A stretch of 64,000 bases of DNA from an uncultured candidate division Zixibacteria bacterium. Its GTDB lineage: Bacteria > Zixibacteria > MSB-5A5 > UBA10806. The first letter of the stretch is position 1. Every line of letters starts with the position of its first letter. Below, piece after piece: positions 58,220 through 64,000 of the stretch. The notes beneath the pieces were generated by a model, which saw only the letters and a program-made list of their open reading frames with translations, did not search any database and had not been told where the DNA came from. A program made the position numbers and the translations under genes. The DNA lies in NCBI GenBank assembly GCA_963801605.1, contig CAWDFP010000009.1:7694-71693 (forward strand), written 5' to 3'.

Positions 58220-59770
58220 TTATTCAAAATTCTTAAAATCTGCCCAGTCATCTTTTAAGGGAGTGTGCCGATTTTTGCAAATCCAGATTGTCTGATTATT
58301 TTCATAGGGCATGCAATAGCTATTTGAAAATACTCCTGCCGGAATAACCTCAACATATGCCTGCCTTATGTCGCCTTCCGATCCCCCTAGACGAATGACT
58401 ACCTCGCCCTTGGAATTTTGGCATCCCCAAAGCCAATAATTATTATGCCCGCTGATTGTCTTAGGCAGATTGTATTTCGTTCCATAATAGTCGATAGCCC
58501 CGGCCTCTCCATAGTTATTGCATAAAATGACGCATTTTGATTGTTCTTCCGGCGTCAGCATGGCATAAGCTTTTGCGATATAAGCGGTCATTGTTTCCCA
58601 GCCAAACATGTCTGCATAATATTGAGGGAGTTTGCTAAGTTCCTTTTTCTCAGGCGTCGATGGCGCAATTCCAAGTTTTTGAGAATACTCGATAAAGGTA
58701 TCGACCGGTAAAACAGGCAGGGCTAACGGCAGCAGGATAATGCCTCCCAACACTATGATTGCGAGGACTGTCGGTTTAAGCCAACCCCAGTTAATCCAGA
58801 TAATGAATATTTCTACCGTATATGCGCCAAGAGCGAAAAGCATCGGAAACATCGGTCCCAGGTATTCCGACTTGCTGTTCTTATTGATCACAAGGATAAA
58901 AAATACGGTAAGAAAGATTATCGGTAATATTCGAAACTGTCTAACTGACTTTGAAAATAGGAAATATAGTAGTCCCGGAATCCAAATTATCACTGAAACC
59001 GGATTCATATTGGTGATTTGCTGGAGAGCCAATTCTATGGGCGAGATCGTTGCATACTTATTTGCCAGAGCGTTTTTCATGAACTCTAAAGTCGCGAAAT
59101 TATTTGCTATTTGCCAAATGATATATGGCAAAAACAAACCAAAGGCAATTAGTGCGGCATACCAAAATCTGCGGGCTATCAATAATGCGCGGTACTGGGT
59201 CGCGAGCAGCCCAACCGTAAATCCGAAACCTAACCACAAAACACTGATTTTATTCATTAATCCCAGGCCAAGTATAACCCCAAGCAATATCCATTGACGT
59301 CCGGTATCGCGTTTAGATATCAGGATGATTATATAGAAGGCAAGTGTCCAGAATAGGAGATCGAAAGAATTCATCGAAAAATATGATGTGAAAAAAAGTG
59401 GTAGAGGCGCAAACAATGTGCAGCACGCTGCCAGCACCTGTGAATACCTGCCGCCGCCGAGTTCTCGTGTTATCAGGCCTGCCATAAATACAACTACCGC
59501 ACCTGTTATCGCCGGCAGAAGGCGAATGGCGAAGAGAGAATCACCAAAAATTATACTGTTTAACCATAGTACGGCTATCGATAGTGGCGGCTGGTCCACA
59601 TAGCCCCATGCCATATGATTACTACAGGCTATATAGTAAAATTCGTCGCGGAATATCCCGTAGCCGCCCGTGATATTGACTCCCAGATGAATGAACAGAT
59701 TTACATACGCGATAGATAAAAGGATTAAATTGTCGCCGCGAAAATATTTATTGATTGAATATTGTCTCAT
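58220..59770 (-). CDS. GT-C (ArnT/GT39-like) membrane glycosyltransferase
   Basis: FRDEFYY...WGYVDQPP, GLGLMNK, PYIIWQ, NYGEAGAI, ISGHNNYWLWG; start may be 59770 or 59788. Confidence 0.8.
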   Translation of the reverse strand: MRQYSINKYFRGDNLILLSIAYVNLFIHLGVNITGGYGIFRDEFYYIACSNHMAWGYVDQPPLSIAVLWLNSIIFGDSLFAIRLLPAITGAVVVFMAGLITRELGGGRYSQVLAACCTLFAPLPLFFTSYFSMNSFDLLFWTLAFYIIILISKRDTGRQWILLGVILGLGLMNKISVLWLGFGFTVGLLATQYRALLIARRFWYAALIAFGLFLPYIIWQIANNFATLEFMKNALANKYATISPIELALQQITNMNPVSVIIWIPGLLYFLFSKSVRQFRILPIIFLTVFFILVINKNSKSEYLGPMFPMLFALGAYTVEIFIIWINWGWLKPTVLAIIVLGGIILLPLALPVLPVDTFIEYSQKLGIAPSTPEKKELSKLPQYYADMFGWETMTAYIAKAYAMLTPEEQSKCVILCNNYGEAGAIDYYGTKYNLPKTISGHNNYWLWGCQNSKGEVVIRLGGSEGDIRQAYVEVIPAGVFSNSYCMPYENNQTIWICKNRHTPLKDDWADFKNFE

Positions 59771-59920
59771 AGAATCAATTATACTCATACCGCTGACGCG
59801 TACTTGCAAGTATCTTTGCCCGGCATGATCCCACTCTCGTGCAACAGAATAGGCCGAGTTCTAAAACTAAATTACTAACCGTATTTAATATTCCGGAGAT
59901 CTCCTATCAGCAGATTGTCC

Positions 59921-60523
59921 TTATTTGCCAAGACCGATTTGATCCATATATGTTTTGTTGTCCCAAAATAGCGATTCCTCTATCATGACGCCGTTTTTCC
60001 AGTGCCCGACTGTGCACATCGGCATTTTGAATGCTTTCCCTGTCGGCTGAATGAATTTTCCTCCGCCAATTGGCATTGGCTTGGTGAAAGTCCCTTCAAA
60101 AACGCCGGTGACACAGGTCCATTCCCCATTTGCGTCGCCAAAGCGGATTGGATGCTGTTTGATTCGCGTATCGGGCGCATAAACGAATAAAGCCTTAAGG
60201 TCTTCGATATGTTTTTCCAGTCCAGACGTCTGGTGTCCATCCGGCCAGTTGACTTTGATGTCTTGTGCGTGACTCTCGTGAAAACGAATCCATTCCTGAT
60301 TGCTGAACACCTCGAAATCCAAGGTATCGAATGTCTGAAGGTTTTTCTCTAAGGTGGCCTTACCCGATGTCATATCTTTCAAGACGACCTGCATGGAATC
60401 TATTTTGGCCTGCATTTCTGCTGAGAATCGAGCCTTTTCACCTGAACAGCCGCTCGTGATTATGGCCGCCGCGGTCATCAAAAGAGCAGCCAGCAACACC
60501 GATTTCCCAAATGTCATTTTCAT
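59921..60523 (-). CDS. SnoaL-like ester cyclase family lipoprotein
   Basis: Lipobox TSGC; FDTLDFEVFSNQEW..FHESH...WPDG, APDTRIKQHP, GTFTKPM, EESLFWDN. Confidence 0.8.
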   Translation of the reverse strand: MKMTFGKSVLLAALLMTAAAIITSGCSGEKARFSAEMQAKIDSMQVVLKDMTSGKATLEKNLQTFDTLDFEVFSNQEWIRFHESHAQDIKVNWPDGHQTSGLEKHIEDLKALFVYAPDTRIKQHPIRFGDANGEWTCVTGVFEGTFTKPMPIGGGKFIQPTGKAFKMPMCTVGHWKNGVMIEESLFWDNKTYMDQIGLGK

Positions 60524-60983
60524 AATTACACCTTCCCCCTGATAATTTTATGATTTTATTCGCGTTCGCTTGTCAATATTACAATATTTAATGATTTAAT
60601 ATTTTATACCTCCGTTTAGGATATTTGTCAAGAGTATTTATTATCTATAAAGCGGTAAGGAGAATAATGGCTTACGATTCTCAATGAGCGCGTTCTTCGA
60701 TATTTGTCAAAGGCAGGTAGATCCAATTAAATTTAAAATAAAGAGGTACGCCTCGGATTTTGCCAGAGTAGACAATTCGCATTATATGTGCCTATAGAGC
60801 CCGTCTCTTTCACGCAATCGGGATGATTGTCCTGGGATCAATCCTTGGACTATCTATGGGATCCAGGTATCAGCCTTCGACAGGCATAACCTTTTGTCAC
60901 TAACAATAAAAATAAATACCGGTTGAATAGTCCTGTCCATCCAAAGCTGCGATATGAAGCCCGCCCGACAGATTCAATTTATA

Positions 60984-61781
60984 TTAATGGCTTTCTGTCG
61001 CGGCTCTGTGCGGCAATATAAATATACAAGACATAATAAAAAATAGAAGTATTGCAGATGCCGTATACCTGCTAAATGCGAGCCCGCCCGATGAAATTGG
61101 CTTATCCAAAAAATCTCCAACAACAGCACCCAGTGGCCGCGTTAATACAAATGCTGCCCAGAAAAGCGCCGTACGGGATATTTTAGACCAGAAGTAGGCT
61201 GCAACCACCAGCGCCAGCATACTGCTAAATACAAACGCGCCGCCAAGATAACCAAGGCCGGCAGTATCTGCTGTCCAATCGCCGAGAGCGGTTCCAAGCG
61301 TCTGGGAGAACATTATCGTTACCCAATAGAATGTTTCTGAACGGGGAGAGCTTACACTTTCAACCGAAATTGAACCTAATGAAAAATACCATACTAATAA
61401 GGATCCCAAAAGAAGAGTGAACAGAAGGGCGGTACCTCCAGCATATCCGATACCAAGTGATCGATCCGCGAAATCAGCCAAGGTTGTTCCCACTGTAGTC
61501 GATGCGATAATGGTAATCCAGTATGTGAGAGGATGAAAGCGTTTCGCCGATATTTGGGCTATTACGGTTCCTATAAAAATCGCGGCAAATATTCCTGTGC
61601 CGATTAAATAACCCAAATTCATCGACATTGAAACTGCGTCACCACCCGTCTCTCCCAAAGTCGTCGCGGCAATCTTAATAATCCAGAAGATTATTGTAAT
61701 TTGCGGTACTTTGCTCGGACCTTCGAATTCTATACGCTTCAAGAATATTCCTTTGTTAAGTAATGATCGTGAATTTCCCAA
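60984..61781 (-). CDS. COG4705/DUF347-repeat membrane protein
   Basis: SKVPQITIIFWIIKIAATTLGETGGD, QTLGTALGD, LTRPLGA..GD; start uncertain. Confidence 0.85.
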   Translation of the reverse strand: MGNSRSLLNKGIFLKRIEFEGPSKVPQITIIFWIIKIAATTLGETGGDAVSMSMNLGYLIGTGIFAAIFIGTVIAQISAKRFHPLTYWITIIASTTVGTTLADFADRSLGIGYAGGTALLFTLLLGSLLVWYFSLGSISVESVSSPRSETFYWVTIMFSQTLGTALGDWTADTAGLGYLGGAFVFSSMLALVVAAYFWSKISRTALFWAAFVLTRPLGAVVGDFLDKPISSGGLAFSRYTASAILLFFIMSCIFILPHRAATESH

Positions 61782-61819
61782 AACTAACTTTTCGCCAATA
61801 TTATTTTGACAAATGATTA

Positions 61820-62365
61820 TTAATCATTGTCTTCAGTGTCAGTTACTTTTTCGGTGTTGATTAGTATTCCGGCGGAATCGAATACCGCCTCGATATTTTT
61901 CTTGCCGTTTTCTATTTTGACCTCATAGCTCGTTATTCCACCCTTTGTGACCTTTTCCGCACCTTCTAAATCACCCTTAGGATAATCCCTGGCGATAACC
62001 GCCCGGGCGGTATCAGGAAGTTGTTTGGCCGAGATAACTTCTTCGATCTCAGCTAAATTGCCATCGGCTGAATACAAGACGGTACGCTTCGATTTTCCGT
62101 CGATGCTTTCAATTTCGTAAAATGTTGTGTTATCCGCGTCTTCTTTCCCAACTTCTTTGATACTTGCTGTTGGATATTGCTTTTGAAAAGCCGTCATGAC
62201 TGCGGCCGGCAAATCCTTTTTGGAAAGATGCTGTTCCTTATGAGTACGCTTCTCTTCATGTTTCGATTTCATTTCATCTTGAGCATTGACCCGAGATACT
62301 AACCCCAATAATAATCCAACCGCGAAAATCAGAGAAAACCTGAATGCACCCTTGATTTTAGCCAT
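61820..62365 (-). CDS. Secreted PepSY-like domain protein
   Basis: Signal peptide; two LP.AV..AF...YP...KE......YE(I/V) repeats. Confidence 0.8.
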   Translation of the reverse strand: MAKIKGAFRFSLIFAVGLLLGLVSRVNAQDEMKSKHEEKRTHKEQHLSKKDLPAAVMTAFQKQYPTASIKEVGKEDADNTTFYEIESIDGKSKRTVLYSADGNLAEIEEVISAKQLPDTARAVIARDYPKGDLEGAEKVTKGGITSYEVKIENGKKNIEAVFDSAGILINTEKVTDTEDND

Positions 62366-62451
62366 TTTAACTTCCTTCATGAACAAAATTTGACAATCAA
62401 ATAGCGGATCGCTTTGCGATCGTAAATACTATTTACATTAACGTCATGAAT

Positions 62452-62470
62452 ATGAAAATAAGATGAAAAT
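62452..62470 (-). promoter_or_regulatory. OmpR-family-type direct repeat operator
   Basis: ATTTTCAT-N3-ATTTTCAT (11-bp period) between the kinase 3' end and the PepSY gene. Confidence 0.55.
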
Positions 62471-62499
62471 GGGAGGTGTTTTTATCGTTTTAAATAATA

Positions 62500-62589
62500 T
62501 CACTTGTTAACAGGCAATATTATAGTCACTTCGGTTCCCTTGGCGGTCTCGCTTTTTACCTCGATTCTGCCACCTAAAATGGAACACCT
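62500..62589 (-). CDS. C-terminal fragment of a sensor histidine kinase, cut at the GC junction
   Basis: Minus strand reads CSILGGRIEVKSETAKGTEVTIILPVNK*, the end of a HATPase_c domain. Confidence 0.75.
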   Translation of the reverse strand, partial: RCSILGGRIEVKSETAKGTEVTIILPVNK

Positions 62590-63145
62590 TGCGGCCTCAC
62601 CGCCGGAAGAACGTACCGTCCACCGCCACCGTGATCGCCTCGCCGCCGGGGAGCAGGTACCTCACCACCAGGCCGGCGACCGCCAGGCCGAGGTCGTCAG
62701 CGTCCCAGACCGCGCCGGCGAAGAACCAGCACGCCCGCCGGAACTGCTCCGCCATCCCCGCCGCCGCAGCCATCGCCACCACCGTGCGCCGCCCGGCCAG
62801 GACCATCCCGCACGCCAGCGCCATGAACAGCCGGTGCGTCGACCGGCGCCGGAACGCCGGCCCCAGCTCCTCCAGCAGGTTCCCCAGGTAGCAGGCATCG
62901 GTAGGCTCGCAGGCGGCAGCATCGGCGGACACTCCGGTCATCCGGCGGTGTAGAAGCACCGCCGATGCTGCCCTCAACGATCACTAACGGCAAACCGGCA
63001 CCAAGCCGCCATCTCGCGTCGACGCCACCAGGAGCACGGGCCACCCGCCCGGTAGCACGGGCACCTCCCGACCAACCGGAACTCGGAAACACGAGAAGGG
63101 TGCCGGCGCCGTCAGCACGGCTGTCAATCATGCGCTGCCCAGCCA
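62581..63145 (-). mobile_element. IS701-like element, left end plus N-terminal transposase fragment (high GC)
   Basis: AFRRRSTHRLF...RRTV...FFAGAVWDADDL...VAVDGTFFRR*GRKVF resembles an IS701/DDE_5 N-terminus; its 5' end interrupts a gene at RPLS (~63145). Confidence 0.7.
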
Positions 63146-63415
63146 ACGAGAGCGGGCGTTCGAACCGGCGCGTGCCCGACTGGCCGGGAGGGACCTGTTC
63201 CGCGCCCGAGGTGTCGCAGGTGGCGGTGAGGGTTATGGCGACCGCTCGCGGGCCCGCGCGGTCCGAGTCGAGCCAGAGCCGGGCCTTCCCGCTGGAGATG
63301 TCCGCGCCGCCCGCCTGCCAGCCGGGGGGCAGCGCCGCGATGCAGGGCAGCAGGGCGGCGGTCGGGACGGCCTGAGCGGTGAGGATCATCGAGCTGCCCG
63401 GCGCTGGCCGGTGCC
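63146..63415 (-). pseudogene. Partial duplicate of the upstream gene's C-terminal domain, interrupted by the IS
   Basis: MILTAQAVPTAALLPCIAALPPGW...WLDSDRAG...TCDTSGA...RRFERPLS parallels 63640-63890. Confidence 0.65.
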
Positions 63416-63425
63416 GTCTCCCGGC

Positions 63426-64000
63426 TCATCCGGGGCATGCGGCACCGCGCCCGCACAGGGTGAGGCCCTCGGTGCGCCGGATGAACTCGACGAGCGCTGA
63501 CCGGGGCTGGAAGGACAGCGCGCTGCCGGCGGCGCCGGCCAGGATCGGGGATGCGCCGGGACGAAGCTGAACCGGTAGGTGACGCAGCCGCCGGGGAAGG
63601 TGTAGAAGCGAAGGTCGGAGAACCGCGGCACCAGGCTCAGCGGGTGCTCGAACCGCCGCGTGCCGGGCTGGTCGGAGGGGATCTGGTGGGCGCCGGAGGT
63701 GTCGCAGGTCGCGGTCAGGGTGACGGTGATGGCCCGCGGTCCGGCCCGGTCGGAGTCCAGCCAGAAGCTGGACCTTCCCGCTGGCGATGTCCGCGCCGCC
63801 GATGCTCCAGCCCGAGGGGAGCGCGGCGATGCAGGGCAGCAGGGCCGCCGACGGGACTGCCTGGGCGCTGAGGATCATCGAGTGGCCGGTGCCGCAGGTG
63901 GGGGCGGAGGCGCCCAGATTCCGGGCCGCCGGGAAGAAGGCGTCCCCGACTCGGAACACGGCGGCGGCGGTGACGGCGAGCATCGCGGCGGCCAGGGCGA
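63426..64000 (-). CDS. Actinobacterial-style hypothetical membrane-anchored protein, 3' part, frameshifted
   Basis: Very high GC3; TM helix, then MILSAQAVPSAALLPC...WLDSDRAG...YTFPGGCVTYRF...LCGRGAACPG*. Confidence 0.6.
   Translation of the reverse strand, partial: ALAAAMLAVTAAAVFRVGDAFFPAARNLGASAPTCGTGHSMILSAQAVPSAALLPCIAALPSGWSIGGADIASGKVQLLAGLRPGRTAGHHRHPDRDLRHLRRPPDPLRPARHAAVRAPAEPGAAVLRPSLLHLPRRLRHLPVQLRPGASPILAGAAGSALSFQPRSALVEFIRRTEGLTLCGRGAACPG

Noticed and set aside
62597-62599. TGA in the transposase as selenocysteine or recoding
   Set aside because: Falls where TGG (Trp) would fit in FRRWGRKV; most simply a substitution or read error close to a suspect junction
62504-63389. Long ORFs 62504-62953(+) and 62697-63389(-) as real fusion proteins
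   Set aside because: They read across the GC junction or the IS boundary; open frames are expected by chance in very high GC DNA

Overview
Bacterial genomic window of moderate GC (roughly 45-50% by eye). Gene content (OmpA, Lnt, a PorZ-like propeller with a C-terminal sorting-type domain, FN3/LRR lipoprotein) suggests a diderm of the FCB group, possibly Zixibacteria-like; this taxonomy is inference. 1-16.6 kb: priA 3' end, HD protein, purM, gpmI, lnt, PorZ-like propeller and a 7-gene surface-glycan cluster. 16.65-17.07 kb: a dense intergenic region holding a candidate ~150-nt sigma54-driven structured small RNA on the minus strand, a perfect DnaA box, a sigma70 promoter and MraZ boxes. 17.1-32.9 kb: dcw cluster (mraZ rsmH ftsL ftsI murE murF mraY murD ftsW murG murC ftsQ ftsA ftsZ; no murB or ddl). 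32.9-62.6 kb: accessory genes, including OmpA/TSP3, an SDR, pntA2-pntB without the soluble dI gene, nikR-nikMNQO with a NikR operator, TMEM175, qNor with an Rrf2 regulator, a FIST(NosP-type) protein plus hybrid kinase, and others. At ~62,589 the sequence switches abruptly to ~70%+ GC actinobacterial-style DNA (IS701-like transposase fragment and a partly duplicated gene), most likely a chimeric join. Many genes in the first ~37 kb, including essential ones, carry single-base indels; I read these as long-read consensus errors, not pseudogenes. Coordinates of frameshifted genes are reconstructed by eye and approximate. Family calls come from motif recognition, not database searches.
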